Assembly (NCBI RefSeq): GCF_009914755.1
Contig: NC_060945.1
DNA from: the human T2T-CHM13v2.0 reference genome, Homo sapiens
Strand: one strand, 5' to 3'
DNA: 64,000 bases
In this document: positions 1 to 14,540 of the stretch, piece after piece
Numbering within the stretch: position 1 is the first letter of the stretch
Layout: each line of letters opens with the position of its first letter
Translations under genes and position numbers: made by a program
Notes under the pieces: generated by a model
Database searches by the model: none
The model's input: the letters and a program-made list of their open reading frames with translations, nothing else
Told to the model about the DNA's origin: nothing

Positions 1-32
1 CACTAAAATGTTTGAAAGTGATTACTGCATAC

Positions 33-186
33 CTGGTGTTCTTTATCAAACTTCCCTAAGATGTCTGATGATAAACTGAAGATAAGCACAGGGTTCTTCA
101 CACTGTAGTATTTATGAGCTTTCCACGGTAGTATTTTTTTGACAGGTTTTGGTCTCTTTTTAAAGAAAGAATATATTTTAAAAAAC
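33..186 (-). other. LCA5L: Non-coding 5' UTR exon (probable exon 3) of the minus-strand gene LCA5L
   Basis: Minus-strand acceptor tttccttttgtaataccattttag| (AG at 188-187); donor CAG|GTATGC at 33/32; 154 nt; gene name from known synteny with SH3BGR. Confidence 0.7.
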
Positions 187-306
187 CTAAAATGGTATTA
201 CAAAAGGAAAATGTTACAATCTCACAAAGAAACATATTTATGTAATAAGAATAAGGTTTTGAAGCAGTTTTAATTAATATATATATATTCCCTTGTATTA
301 TGGATT

Positions 307-550
307 GGTGTGGTCTTGGCTCACTGCAACCTCTGCCTCCCAGGTTCAAGCAATTCTCCTGCCTCAGCCTCCTGAGTAGCTGGGATTACAGGCGCCCGCC
401 ACCATGCCCGGCTAATTTTTTTGTATTTTTAGTACAGACGGGGTTTTACCATGTTGGCCAGGCTGGTCTCAAACTCCTGACCTCAAGTGATCTACTCACC
501 TTGGCCTCCCAAAGTGCTGGGATTACAGGTGTGAGCTACTGCACCTGGCC
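307..550 (-). mobile_element. AluS, lacking its 3' tail
   Basis: Alu consensus motifs in antisense orientation. Confidence 0.9.
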
Positions 551-1095
551 ACAGGCGGCTTTTTCTCTATGAAAGTGAATCACCTGTTGGCAGTTGATTG
601 GGAAATTCTTGGATGTGATTATCAAACAGTGATGTTGAAGTAAGATTTGAAGGAGCCATACACAGCAGTGCCTTTTCAAGTTTTTGGCAGAAAAGATCTT
701 GTGGCTCACCTGCCTGCTCTTTCTTTCCAGTACAGAGTTGAACATAAATAATTAAAGTTTTTGGATTATGTGTTTCTTGCCTGTCAACAATAAAAATAAC
801 AAAAAGACGACCCTCTTGGTAGCTAATTGTAAGCACTGGATTGTATTTTAGAAGCAGAGACAGTGACTGATTTAGTATTATATACTAAAATGTATTCTGG
901 TTCCATACTTTCATGAATTATCAGATTCTTGGTTAATAATACAACTAGAAAATCCTAATTCTTAAAAGTAAATATTTTGTTACACGCATATAATGAAAAA
1001 AATTCAGTAGTAAATTTATAATTAATTCATAAGGATAATTTAATTCAAATGATTACATCTGTGTTTCTGGCTGAAATTATTCTATGGGTAGGTAA

Positions 1096-1398
<303 letters not shown>

Positions 1399-1829
1399 AG
1401 TAATTATATTCTTAACCAGTCCTGCCTCTTGGGAAAAAAAACTTACTCAGCATGCAAATTTTCCCTCTTTTCTTATCCATTCTCAACATTTCCTATTGCC
1501 TTCCCCATTTCATTTTTTCTCTTTAACACATACTATCTAACCTAACACCCATTTTACTTCCTCAGCCTGTTTGTAGCCTGGCTTCCCCACTAACTGCATG
1601 CTTCACAAGGCATGCATTCTGGCTCCTTTGTCTATTGCTATATCCTCAGTGCCTAGAGGAGTTCCTGAGAATATTAAGTGTCCAATAAATATTGATCAAA
1701 TAAATTAATGTTCCGGATGCCTCTGTGCTTAATTCCTCTCTTCATATCCATTACTCCTGAAAAAACTTCTCATTACTGCTAACCCAATCTGAAAAGCTCC
1801 AAATGAAAGCTTTCCCAATGTGATAAATA

Positions 1830-3360
<1,531 letters not shown>

Positions 3361-3548
3361 GATAAAACATATTATTGTTATTATAACTGTGATGAATAAT
3401 ACTGATAATGCATATTATAAAAAATAAAGCATATCTGTGTATGTGTAGATATGTAAAGTTCTCTAAGATACGTTCATTTTCCAATCAATGTCTACATGTA
3501 AAATAGAGTTAAATTCTCATTTTTAAGATTTAAGACTTTCATTTGGTA

Positions 3549-4054
3549 CAGTGGTAGGCTGAATAATGGTCCCCTAAGGATGTCCATGTCCTAATCCCTA
3601 GAACCTGTGTTACTATATATAGCAAAAGGGACTTTGCAGATGTGATCAGTTTCAGGTCTTGAGGTGGGAAGATTATCCTGAGTTATCCCAGATTATCCAT
3701 GTGGACCTAATGTAATCACATGGGCCTGTCTAAGAAGGACACAGGAGGGGTCAGAGTGAGAAGGCTCTGTGATCACAGAAGCAGAGTCAGAGGGAGAAGA
3801 CACGACGCTGCTGGCTTTCAAGATGGAAGAAGGGGTCACATGCCACAGAATACAGGCTTTTCTAGAAGTTAGAAAAGGGAAGGGAATGATCCTCCCTTGG
3901 ATCCTCTAGAAGGAATCAGTCCTGCTGACATCCTAACTTTAGCCCCTTAAGACTCATTTCAGACTTCTGACCTCCAGAGCTGTAAGAAAATAAATTTGTT
4001 TGAAGCCACTGAGTTTGTGGTAATTTGTTATAGCAGCAATACAGAACTAATACA
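3549..4054 (+). mobile_element. MLT1-family MaLR LTR (MLT1D-like)
   Basis: gtggtaggctgaataatggtccc...tttgttatagcagcaatacagaactaataca termini. Confidence 0.85.
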
Positions 4055-4604
4055 GGTACCTTGAAAAACATCACAAATTAAAATGAGACTAAAAGCAGGC
4101 TATTAAATGCAAATGAATTGCACTGTTATAAATTTCAAGAAGTCAGAGAAGATGGTGAGTTCAAACGTTTTGGGGAAATATCTTAATTGTTCCAGAAACC
4201 AGCTTGCTTTACCTTGCCTTGGACTATATCTAGGAACAAGATGACCAACCTGAGATAGCTGGTGGGATTGTTTGCTTTGGAAAAATGAGCTGGAGAAAAC
4301 AGCCGACCCTCTCATAAGCACTCCATGAAGACTTTTTTTTAAAGCAGGTGGCTTTCCTGCAGAGGCAGTGGCAGAAGCATGGCTGAAGGCTGAGAAAGCA
4401 GAGTGAAGTAGTTGTAAGGGGGAGGAGTGACAAAGAGGCGTCAGGTAGCTGGCAAAGTTAGGAAATTAATTAGAGCTAACAAATTAACTGAGGACATAAG
4501 TAAATATACTTAGAATCATGGGGTCAAATTTCTTACTGTCTGAAAGAGGGAAGGCTGGAAAGAACCCTGAAATGTTGGATTAGAATGAGAAATGCTAGGT
4601 TCAA

Positions 4605-4718
4605 ATACACACACATACACACACAAGGAGGTATATACAGTTACAGATCTATGTGCATATATATCTATAAATGTATGTGTATGTGTATATGCATATGTAT
4701 GTATATGTGTGCGTGTAT
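4605..4718. repeat. (CA)/(TATG)n degenerate microsatellite
   Basis: Alternating purine-pyrimidine low-complexity run. Confidence 0.7.
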
Positions 4719-4980
4719 TTTTCCCCTAACTCTGCTGAGAGGGCCTAGAATCAACGACACCCCAGAAACAATGAGTACACTGTGTACCATTCTCCACTAA
4801 ATACCATTCTCTGCTATAATGAATTGGGGTTCCTTGGAGAAATGGATGATCCTAAGCCTGAGGCAGGCAAAGAGAAGAAAGGCTGGTGTGTATCAAAAGG
4901 GCACAGGAGCCAGCTTTAAGAAGCTCCCACTAGTCAAAGATAGGGCAATTTGAACATCAATACCAATAAGGAGGATACAT

Positions 4981-5170
4981 CAGCCTGAGCAACACAGGGA
5001 GATGCCATCTCTATAAAAAACAAAACAAAACAAATTAGCTGGGTGTGGTGGTACACACCTATGGTCCCAGCTACTTGGGAGGCTGAGGCTGCAGTGAATT
5101 TGATCATGCCAACACTGCACTCCAGCCCGGACAAGAGTGAGACCCTGTCTCAAAAAAAAACAAAACAAAA
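4981..5170 (+). mobile_element. Partial AluJ
   Basis: Alu linker and internally deleted right arm with A-tail. Confidence 0.85.
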
Positions 5171-5668
5171 TGGGATTTACCACGTCAGAGTATCTCTTCC
5201 CAAAGCACTAATCAAATGCAAAGGGAAAACAGGTGGCTATGGAGAAACCTGGCAGATTTGTGCTTGAACAGGTAATCAAGGTTCATGTCACCAGGGTGGG
5301 ACAGGTGACATTCACTAGTGTCCACGGGCACTTGAGAAGATCACAGCACCACTTCTGTGGTCTTTCTGCCACAAGCACAGCCTGTCTGGTTAGAAAAAAA
5401 CATCAGCCAGACCCAAGTTCAGGGTCTTCCTATTGAATGAAAGGCTTAAACTCTAAACTCTTTGACAAAAATGTTAAATGAACAGAAAAGCTCTTCTCTA
5501 AGCTTATAAATGTGGTATTATATAGCTAAGATAATCAATATCTTACGGTTTTCAAGAACATTATTTCAAACACTTTATCTACTTTTATGTGTCCCAATTT
5601 TTTGCTTCAGAAATTTTGCGAGTCACTCTAAACATTGACAAAGGGAGGTTATGATTCTTAACACTGAT

Positions 5669-5948
5669 TGGCCTGGCGTGGTGGCTCACACCTGTAATCC
5701 CAGCACTTTGGGAGGCTGAGGTGGGCAGATCACTTGGGCCCGGGAGTTTGAGAGCAGCCTGGGCAACATGGTGAGACCCTGTTCCTAAAAAAAAATTAGC
5801 CGGGTGTGACAGTCCCAGCCACTCAGGAGGCTGAGCCCAGGAAGTCAAGGCCGCAGTGATGCAGTGAGCTGTGATCGCACAACTACATTCCAGCCTGAGG
5901 GATGGAGTGGGACCCTGTTTCAAAACCAAAAAAAACCAAACGAACAAA
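5669..5948 (+). mobile_element. AluJ
   Basis: ggcctggcgtggtggctcac...; flanking repeat aacactgattg on both sides. Confidence 0.9.
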
Positions 5949-6509
5949 ACACTGATTGAGAGGCAGTATACTGTGGAAGAAAAAAGGTATGTTCCCAGTT
6001 CTGCCAATACAACTAGCTATTAGGCCTCAAATGTCTAAGGCAAGAAATTAGGTGATTTCTCAGTGACATATAAGGTCCAGTCTAGCACTAAAATCCATAA
6101 ATGAAATATACCTATATATATAAGCAATTTCAAGTTTATTTGATAACATGAAAATGTGCCACGTTCAAAGTTTGGATGGTTACAGACTAGCTATGCTATG
6201 TAGGTTTTGGTAATTTAACAACTTTATATATTTTAGAACAAATGTTTTAATTCACTACCCGACTGACACCCTAGTCACCTTCAGGATAAGAACCCGTGCC
6301 TCTCTACTTCCACCAAGTGGTGGCAAGTGCAATGTACGGCACTGAGTAAAGGGCTACAAATCTTTACACAAGTACCCGTTTTTAGCTACCCTGACACAAC
6401 ATTCTTTTTAATTTTCAGTGTTTGCCTGATTATTTTTACTAGATTTTCATTCTATTTTAATAGAATTGTACTAAAACACACGGCGCTTAGTATCTCTTAC
6501 ATATTAGAA

Positions 6510-8200
6510 TGTTCATTTCATTCATTCTTTCAGCACCCATCTGAGTGCTTACTATGTGCCAGGCACTATGTGGGGTGTGGAGATACAATGATGAACACAA
6601 ACAGCAAATGTTTCTATTTTTGTGGGCCTTATGTCAGTAATGAACTAATCATAATAGTGACTGTCCAGAGTGTCTTCAAGGAAGGAGATACAACTCTGAA
6701 GATAAAGAAACCTGATCCTGACAGCGATCAGGGAAGTTATCCCTGTAGAAGTACTGTCTGAGTTGAGATAGGAAGGGTCAGTGGGAACTAATTAGGCAAG
6801 AGAGGATGAGAGGGAGGAGGGAAAAACAATGCAGACAGAGAGGAAAGAATGCCAAGGCCTGGTGGGTGGAGGAGGCCCATGTGGCTGAAGCCCAGTGAGA
6901 AGGGCCAGCGGTTTCAGATGAGTCTTGAGACGCAGGCGGGGGTGAACAGCTGCAGGGCCTTCGGAAGGCGTGTTTATGATGTGGATCATTAATCCAAGGG
7001 CAATGGGAAGCTAGCTGTAGGCAAAAGAGGGAGGCGGGAGGGGTGGCATAATCAGCTCTGCCTTCTGAAGGTTACTCTGGCTGCAGGGTGAAGAATCGAG
7101 AAAAGCCAGAGGGAATGTGGGGAGACAAGCTGGTACAGGACTGCGGCAGGCTGAATGAAGGTGGTGGTTTGCACTTGGGTGTCCACGACAATGAAGAGAT
7201 GTGAAAGATGCCCAGGAGACAACCTCACCTGGGCTTAAGGATTCACTGGGTGTTGGGGTGTGATAAGGGTCAAGGAGGAATCCTAGGTACAATGGAAGAG
7301 GTTCCAGCTGGGGTTGGGAAGTGGGGTTGTTTGGTTTTGTGCATGTTGAATTGGAGGAGACTGAGTGGTATTAAGAAACACTGTCACGCAGCTAGCTGAA
7401 CGTACGAGTCTAGCTGAGAAAGGGTCAAGTTGGAGAAAGGTAGGAGTCAAGAGCACAGGGCTGGAACTTAAAAGCTGTGCGTGTGAATCTGTGCCTTGTG
7501 CTAGATGAAGGGGCGCAATGGAGAATAAAATGGGAACAGATGCCGAGCTTTGAGAATCTCCAATATTAAGGAGCCTGGGAGAGGAGGGTGAGCCAGAATG
7601 GCAGCAGGAAAAGCAGAAGAGTCAGGGATGGTCACAGAAGCCAAGGGAAGACAGTGTTTGTAGAGTGAAATGGGGGCAGCAGTTTCAGATGCCGCTGAGA
7701 GATTGAGCAAGACAAAGCCTGAAAAAGTCTCATTCCTGGTTTTTGTTTTAGCAGAGATGAAGAGGGAAGCCATACTGGCTGAGGAGTGAGAGACAAATAA
7801 TAGAGGCATTGAATATGGCAGTTCTTTAAAGTTTGCCTGTCGAAAGGGATAAGGGATTGGACAATAACTGGAAACTGAAGGGGAACGTGGGGTCAAAGAA
7901 GATTCTTTTTTTCTCTTTTGTGATGGGAGACTTGAACATGCTTCAAAACCATGGCAAAGAGCCAGCTGAGATGGAACAGGTGATCATACAGGAGAGGGAA
8001 TGTATACCTGACAGGGTAGAGTTTTTGGCGAGTGGAAAGCGATGGGATCCAAAGCACGGAGAGGGAGTGGCCTTGGTTAGGAGGAGGAAGGAAGGTAGGA
8101 ACAGATATAAGTAAGGCTTGCAGTTTTGGGAGCTGAAGAATGAGGGGATTCCCATGTGACAGCTTCAAGCTTCTCTATGAAGTGACAGCACAAGGGCGTG
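6510..8200 (-). mobile_element. L2 LINE fragments
   Basis: L2 3' end in antisense (ttcattcattc...tactatgtgccaggcact) followed by purine-rich degenerate L2 body. Confidence 0.7.
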
Positions 8201-8365
8201 GTGGGAGATCAAATCTGAGGAAAATGGTCATTTATGAAATGCAATCTCCTACAGACCCTCAGCTAACCGTGGCAATCCTACTCTGTTACTTTGGTTAATT
8301 GGGGTTTTACCTGATGGCAAAAGAGAAAAGATGGGGCTAGGAGTTTAAGAGAGTGGCAAGGGTAG

Positions 8366-8673
8366 GGCCGGGCGCAGTGGCTCACGCCTTTAATCCCAGC
8401 ACTTTGGAAGGCCGAGGCAGGCAGATTACCTGAGGTCAGGAGTTTGAGACCAGCCTGGCCAACATGGTGAAACCCCATCTCTACTAAAAATACAAAAATT
8501 AGCTGGGCATGGTGGCGTACACCTGTAATCCCAGCTACTCAGGCCGAGGCAGGAGAATTGCTTGAGCCCAGAGATGGAGGTTGCAGTGAGCCGAGATCTT
8601 GCCACTGCACTCCAGCCTGGCCGACAGAGTAAGGCTCTGTCTTAAAAAAAAAAAAAAAAAAACAACAAAAAAA
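8366..8673 (+). mobile_element. AluS
   Basis: Full-length sense Alu with poly-A. Confidence 0.92.
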
Positions 8674-8753
8674 GAGAGATTGGCTAGGGGCCTTAGCTCC
8701 TTGAGGGCAGGGACCTGTCACATTGATCGCGGTATCAGCACCCAGGTACTTAC

Positions 8754-8820
8754 TATTCAAAATGATCAGCATACGGATGATCATTTGTCTGCATCTCAGT
8801 TTGCCTCTTTTGGTGCTTCT
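8754..8820 (-). other. LCA5L: Non-coding 5' UTR exon (probable exon 2) of LCA5L
   Basis: Minus-strand acceptor ctcttccttttttattttttag| (AG at 8822-8821); donor ATA|GTAAGT at 8754/8753; 67 nt. Confidence 0.7.
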
Positions 8821-9209
8821 CTAAAAAATAAAAAAGGAAGAGCTTAAACTCCTACATGATTCCTGTCTTTGCGCTGGCAAGAAGGCTCTGGGTTCTTTTG
8901 TTCTTCAGGACAGTCCCTTGTAAAGCTCTTGCCATAGTTCTGTTCCAGGGGCACTGTCATATTTATACCTAACAAAGCTAAGGGGTGTCTTTACATTTTT
9001 AGCTTGTTAGCAGGATGCTTATATGGCCTTGTTGACCCGGTTTAAAAGTTGCAATTTGCAAAATACATACTGAAAATACTGCACTTTTACCTATGGAAGT
9101 TGTAATTTATATAAGGAAATTGTAATTTATATAATCCTTTAAAAAACTTACTCATACGAAATAACAGAGAACGGGGAAATACCATTAAGACGGTCATGCT
9201 CAAGTGGGG

Positions 9210-9700
9210 GAGGGGCAGACTCAGGGAAACCAATTAGGAAGCAAGTAAAATAATCCACGCACCAGATGATGGGGGCCTGGACCAAGGTGGTGACAGTGGC
9301 GGTTGAGAGAAATGGTAGAATTGTGAATCTATTCTGGGTGCATTTTGAAGGCAGTGCTGACAGACTGAAGGTGAGGAAGAGAAAAACAGGACTCAAGCAG
9401 GATGCAAGACTCGGGCAACTGGAGGATGGAATTTCCAGCAACTATGATGGATTAAGATTGTGGGAGGACAGGCTTGGCTTGGGGAATTATTGAGCGCTAT
9501 CTTGGACGAGCTGTGTTTGAGATGCCGTAGACATCCAAGTAGGGATGTGGCAGGCAGCTAAATGCAGGGATCTGGTGTTCAGGGGAGGGGCGAGGGCTGG
9601 GAATGCACACTTGGGGCTCACTGGAATTCAGATAGGCTCTGAGTACAGGCGACTGGATGAGTTCATCTAGGGATTGAGTGTAGACAGAAAAAAGGCTCAA
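9210..9700 (-). mobile_element. L2 fragment
   Basis: Degenerate L2 motifs (tttgagatgccgtagacatccaagt, ctggatgagttcatctagg). Confidence 0.65.
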
Positions 9701-10347
9701 GCTCACATTCAGCCGTGAAAAAAAACTGGTCTCTGAAAAAAGTTAACCGTTGGCTTAAGTGTGGCAACGAAACGTTAACACGCTGAGGGGAGGGTGCGGA
9801 TAAAGAGCCCCGAGGCTGGGTGAGTGGGGGACAAACACAGACAGAGAAGACATTTCAAAAGATTTAGATTCCTACGAGATAGGGAGATGCCAGCGCTAAG
9901 GTTAGAAAGAAAAACTAATCCAAAGCAAAACAGCAAGTAAGCAGAGGCAAAATCGGAGGTCAGATAGAAGATTCAGATAGAAAAACCCCAAAGTTCCCTC
10001 GGTGGGGCGGCGGTGAGATCGGCCTCCGCCCCCTCGCCAGACCCAGGCGCGGCCCCGGGAGCGCTAGGTCACCTCGGCCCAGGCCGTCCCCCTGCCCAGC
10101 GGGCCTGAGAGTACGTGTGTCGCCGGGGCGCCCGGTCACTGCCGAGCCGGGGTAGCTGTTCCTTGGCAAACTGTGCCGCGAGGAGGAAACGGCGGGGCGC
10201 CAGCGAGGCAGGCAGGGGCGAGGACTGAGTGACCGGCGATACTGGAAGCCCAGAAAGAGCGTAGCAGGAGGGTCCGGAAGGGCCCAGAGCTGGGGCTGTA
10301 ACAGGGTAACCGGCTGAGGGGGACGACGGCAGCAGCGGGGCCGTTAC

Positions 10348-10400
10348 CTGCTCCGCGCTGTTCCCACGACTGCGCCAACGCCGCAGCACCGGCGCGTCGC
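10348..10400 (-). other. LCA5L: First (non-coding) exon of LCA5L; TSS approximate
   Basis: Minus-strand donor CAG|GTAACG at 10348/10347 inside the CpG island, beside the X-box and NRF1 motifs; 5' boundary not determinable from sequence. Confidence 0.6.
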
Positions 10401-10409
10401 CATGGAAAC
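10396..10409. promoter_or_regulatory. RFX X-box
   Basis: GTCGCCATGGAAAC (reverse complement GTTTCCATGGCGAC) fits the 14-bp X-box consensus GTTNCCATGGNAAC; a second looser site GTAACAGGGTAAC at 10298-10310. Confidence 0.7.
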
Positions 10410-10457
10410 CCGCGCGCGGGGCCTCCTGGGAAGCGCCGGCCTGCGAGGGCTGGGCGC

Positions 10458-10468
10458 GCGCATGCGCA
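10458..10468. promoter_or_regulatory. NRF1 binding site
   Basis: Exact palindrome GCGCATGCGC(A), the NRF1 consensus, in the island centre. Confidence 0.75.
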
Positions 10469-10479
10469 CTCGGGCAGCA

Positions 10480-10704
10480 GGAGCCGCGGCGGGGAGGGGC
10501 GTCTTGGGCCTGGAGGTCAGTGTGGCCTCGCGTTTGTCTTCGGTGACGGGAAGTGAGTTTCTTGTGTAGACGTCTGTAAACGATCCTCCTGCCGTCCCTG
10601 TTCGGCGCCCGGGACCCTGCCTTCCCGCGTGGCCGCACCGAGACGAGGGAGCCTGTCACGCGCTCTGGCGCTCTCCTGACCTCTTAAGGCTCTGTCAGTC
10701 TTAG
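10480..10704 (+). other. SH3BGR: Probable alternative upstream non-coding first exon of SH3BGR from the CpG island
   Basis: Plus-strand donor candidates GAA|GTGAGT (10552) and TAG|GTAACT (10704) just downstream of the island core; start approximate; which donor is used is not determinable. Confidence 0.45.
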
Positions 10705-12040
10705 GTAACTTGAGTCAGTAGGTGGGTGTAGACGCCTGGTCAATTCCTGGGAAGCACAGTTCCCCTATTAACCCCTTGTCATAAAGACGATTTTTTTTTT
10801 TTTTTTGTAAAACAAAATCTGATGACAAAACAATGCATGTTTGGCATAGAGAATTTAGAAATGTACAGGCAAGTCCAAAGCAAAAGTCAAAATCACCTAG
10901 ATGATGGAGTTATAGATGTTTTTTAATGACAGCATAGGAATTTGGCATAATTTAGGAAGACTTACATTGTTTCCTTTTATTTATTTACTTTTTTTCCTGC
11001 ATCAAAGCCATGTTGAATATCCTTGCAGATGAATCTTTGAGGTCACCCCTGACTGTTTCCTTAGGATAAATTCCTACAAGCGAGGTTGCAGGGCCAAAGC
11101 ATATGCTCACTTTGAGGCTTTCTAAAGGTAGAGGGAAACTGCCTTCCAGTAAGTGTCCCGATACTTGGCCCGCATTGGAAATTCTCTTTTTTCTTAAAAT
11201 TTTTTTGCCCATTTTATTGTCAAAAATTGGCATCTTTAATTGTATTCACTTCCTTTTTAGTAGGAAGAATAGACTTTTTCCCATATCTTGAGTGCCATTT
11301 GTCCTTATTGTGTGATTTGCATTTTCCTGTCTTTTGTCCATTTTAAAACTTGACATTCATCTTTGTAAAAATGGGTTTTGTAAGGACTTTTGATGCTTGA
11401 AAACTTGGCTTGTGATATACGTTGCAAATATTTCCTCAATTTGTCAGTTACCTTTAATTTTGTTTACAGTGTATTTTGGTATTTGTGTAGAGTCAAGCTT
11501 ATTACATTTCTCTATAGTTTCTGCATTTGGTTTTTATATAAAAGGAGAAACGGGTGTTTTTTTTCAAATTGACTTTAATCCTACTTTGGTAGAAGTGGGT
11601 TAGGACAAGCTTTCTCTCCATATCACCATTTCTTCCTCTAGAAATGCATGACCCACCCTGAGTTTTGGTGGGCCATGCATTTCTAGAACTCCTTAGGTAG
11701 GGAATTATCCGTATAAGATGGGTGCCGGTTGTTTTTGCTGGTGGTGGTGGGCGGGGCAACATCTCCAGGTAGGCAAACATTAGACAAATGTCACTCTAGA
11801 CTTGACATTATGGAAAGATGGGCTGATGCTTGGTGGGTGGTGGTGGCCCCATGACAGTAACGAGAGCGGAGTTTTGCCATTGCGGGAGCATCCAACCCTG
11901 GAGCTCAGGACTGGAGGAATTGAAAGGTAGAGTTTCCTGAGAATGGTTTCCTCCTCTTTTCTACCAGCTTTTCCCAGTCTGTAGACATGATAAGTCACTG
12001 CAAATCTGCCCTTGAATCTTTCTTTGCTTTCGCTTTTGCA

Positions 12041-12342
12041 TTTTTTTTTTTTTTTTTTTTGAGACGTATCACTCTATCGCTCAGGCTGGAATGCAGTGGC
12101 GCCATCCCAGCTCACCACAACCTCCGCTTCCTGGGTTCAGGTGATTCTCCTGCATCAGCCTCCTGAGTAGCTGGGATTACAGGTGTGAGTCACAACACCC
12201 GGCTAATTCTTTTTGTATTTTTAGTAGAGATGGGGTTTTGCGATGTTGGCTAGGCTGGCCTTGAACTCCTGACCTCAAGTGATCTGCCCGCCTCGGCCTC
12301 CCAAAATGTTGGGATTTCAGGCATAAGCCACCGTGCCTGGCC
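12041..12342 (-). mobile_element. AluS
   Basis: Poly-T plus antisense Alu. Confidence 0.92.
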
Positions 12343-12467
12343 TTTGCTTTTGCTTTCGAAGGGGTATTCTTTTCTGTGTACACAATGGAAGGAGAAGAGC
12401 CATGGCCTTTCACTATTCTGGGGCCATCTCCATCATGCCACATAAAAAGCATAGCCTTTATTTCTCT

Positions 12468-12913
12468 ATATTAGGTTCCTAGGTTCCTAGGGATGTCATA
12501 ACAGACTACCACGAACTTAGGGGCTTAGAACAATAGAACTTTATCTTCTCACATTTCTGGAGGTCAGAAGTATGAAACCAAGTTGTCTGAAAGTCCATGT
12601 TTCCTCTGAAGGCTCTTAGGGAGAATTTTTTGAGTCTTCCAGCTTATGGGGACTCCTGCTATTCCTTGGCTTGTGGCAGCACCACTCCAATTTCTGCTTC
12701 CATCTTCACAGGGTGTTCTTCTCTGTGTCTCCCTGTCTTGTCTTCTTATAAGGACAACCAGTCATTGGACTTAGGGCCCACCCTAAATCCAGGATGATTT
12801 AATCACAAGACCCCCTCAACTGATTACATCTGTAAAGACTCTATTTCCAAATAAGGTTACATGCTGAGGTTTGGCTGAACATGAATTTTGGTGAACAACA
12901 TTCAACCCACTAC
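12468..12913 (-). mobile_element. MLT1-family MaLR LTR
   Basis: ...tctcacatttctggaggtcagaag...tatttccaaataagg...ttcaacccactaca. Confidence 0.8.
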
Positions 12914-13129
12914 AGTTATTATGGTAATCATTTCCATCATTCTACATAATAAAGACGTGTCTTTATTTGTCATTTTAAGTTATCTGTAAAGTTATGTAAA
13001 TCAAAACATATCATCTGGTATCATTTATCATGAGATCATCTGGGGGTCTCTATGAAGTTTGTAGCCCAGTACCTCATGTCTTTAAATCAAAATTAATCAA
13101 ATCAAAAAGTGATGTTATTTGACTTGTTA

Positions 13130-13363
<234 letters not shown>

Positions 13364-13384
13364 TTACGTATTTTTGCATTATTA

Positions 13385-14005
13385 ACTGCTATTAAGTAAG
13401 CAGAAACCAGCTTCGAAAAAGCATAGCCAACACAACTTCAGCTGGAAAATTTCCAACTGACCCCGATAGACTGCCTGATGCCAGCCAATGGAAACATTCC
13501 CTCCCTCAGTATGCGCCCCCACCCCCAAACGCCTTGCAGACCTACTACAACTCCAGTTGGACAAAGGACTGGTCTTATAAACATTCTTTATTGATAAACA
13601 GCTGCAGACCTCCAGCCAATTTTGGCCAGCTTATAGAAATTGCACATAAAATGTCTTTGTGCCCTATAGTTCACCTGTTGATATAAAGAGCCAAATTCCA
13701 TCCCATTTTAATGCTAGAACTCCACCCCAAGGTGAACATGGAATGTATGATACATATATGTTTACCCACTGCACACATGCCTGAATTTCCTCATAAATAT
13801 TAGTAGATCCTCTGCAACCTTGCTCAGTATGTATGTAAGGCTGACTCTGTAAGACACAGATACCAGCTCCTTCCTCCCTTCTGCAGCATGTGCATTTTTG
13901 GTTTTTTCTGTAAGCTGCATTCCCCAATCTGCAGGTTGTATCTCCCCCTAAAAATAAAATCTCCTTTCCTTCCTCCGTGGATCTCCTGGTCTTTGTGAAC
14001 AGACA
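13385..14005 (+). mobile_element. ERV1-class solo LTR (MER34/MER39-like; subfamily uncertain)
   Basis: LTR-like architecture: CCAAT, cataaata TATA-like element, AATAAA near 13953; motifs reminiscent of MER4-group LTRs. Confidence 0.55.
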
Positions 14006-14349
14006 TAAACAGCAAGCACTGGAGATGTTGAATGGTTGGCTGCTTGCATCTTCACTAAATTATACACCTTCTTTCTGAAGTGGATTTTGTAAGTCAGGGG
14101 TTCATTGAGCTTTATTTTAAGATGCATTTGGAATGTTCGCTATTCCTGTTAATTATGTTGAAGCTCGTTTGTGTCATTAGTGTAATAATACATTAGAAGG
14201 AATCTTTCAGCTGGAGTTTTCAGATTTTTAATTTGTACATTTTTATGGTCATTTCGAAAAGAATAAACTTAAAAAAATTCATAGTGAAAAGGGGGCACTA
14301 GGAATTTGAGGGTAGCATCTCAGGAGCTTCTCATGTGGTGTGGAGAGGA

Positions 14350-14540
14350 ATGGGTGAGGCTTAAGTCTTGGATATGCCATTTCCTATTCCCATCATCTCT
14401 AGTTCTGTGTCCTCATGGTGAGTGGGCATAATAATGGAACACAGTTTTAGGGTTCTTATACAGGTTAAGGGAGTGGCTTATGCAAAGCACCTAGAGCAGA
14501 TCTGGCACATGGACAACACCTACAAATTGTTAGCTGTTAT
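14350..14540 (+). mobile_element. MIR
   Basis: ...ggttaagg...tatgcaaagcacctagagcagatctggcacat...tgttagctgttatt. Confidence 0.65.

Larger units (their letters stand above)
9990..10670. promoter_or_regulatory. CpG island, bidirectional promoter (LCA5L minus / SH3BGR plus)
   Basis: Very high GC and CpG density against an AT-rich, CpG-depleted background; divergent splice donors on the two flanks; GC-box-like GGCGGGGAGGGGC near 10488-10500; ETS core CCGGAAG 10274-10280. Confidence 0.9.

Noticed and set aside
9095-9134. 20-bp tandem duplication (similar 17-bp one at 15019-15052)
   Set aside because: Ordinary two-copy slippage duplications with no sign of function.
10069-10659. 196-aa Arg/Pro/Ala-rich minus-strand ORF
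   Set aside because: Expected stop-codon scarcity in a CpG island; non-ATG start; spans the promoter; no recognisable homology.
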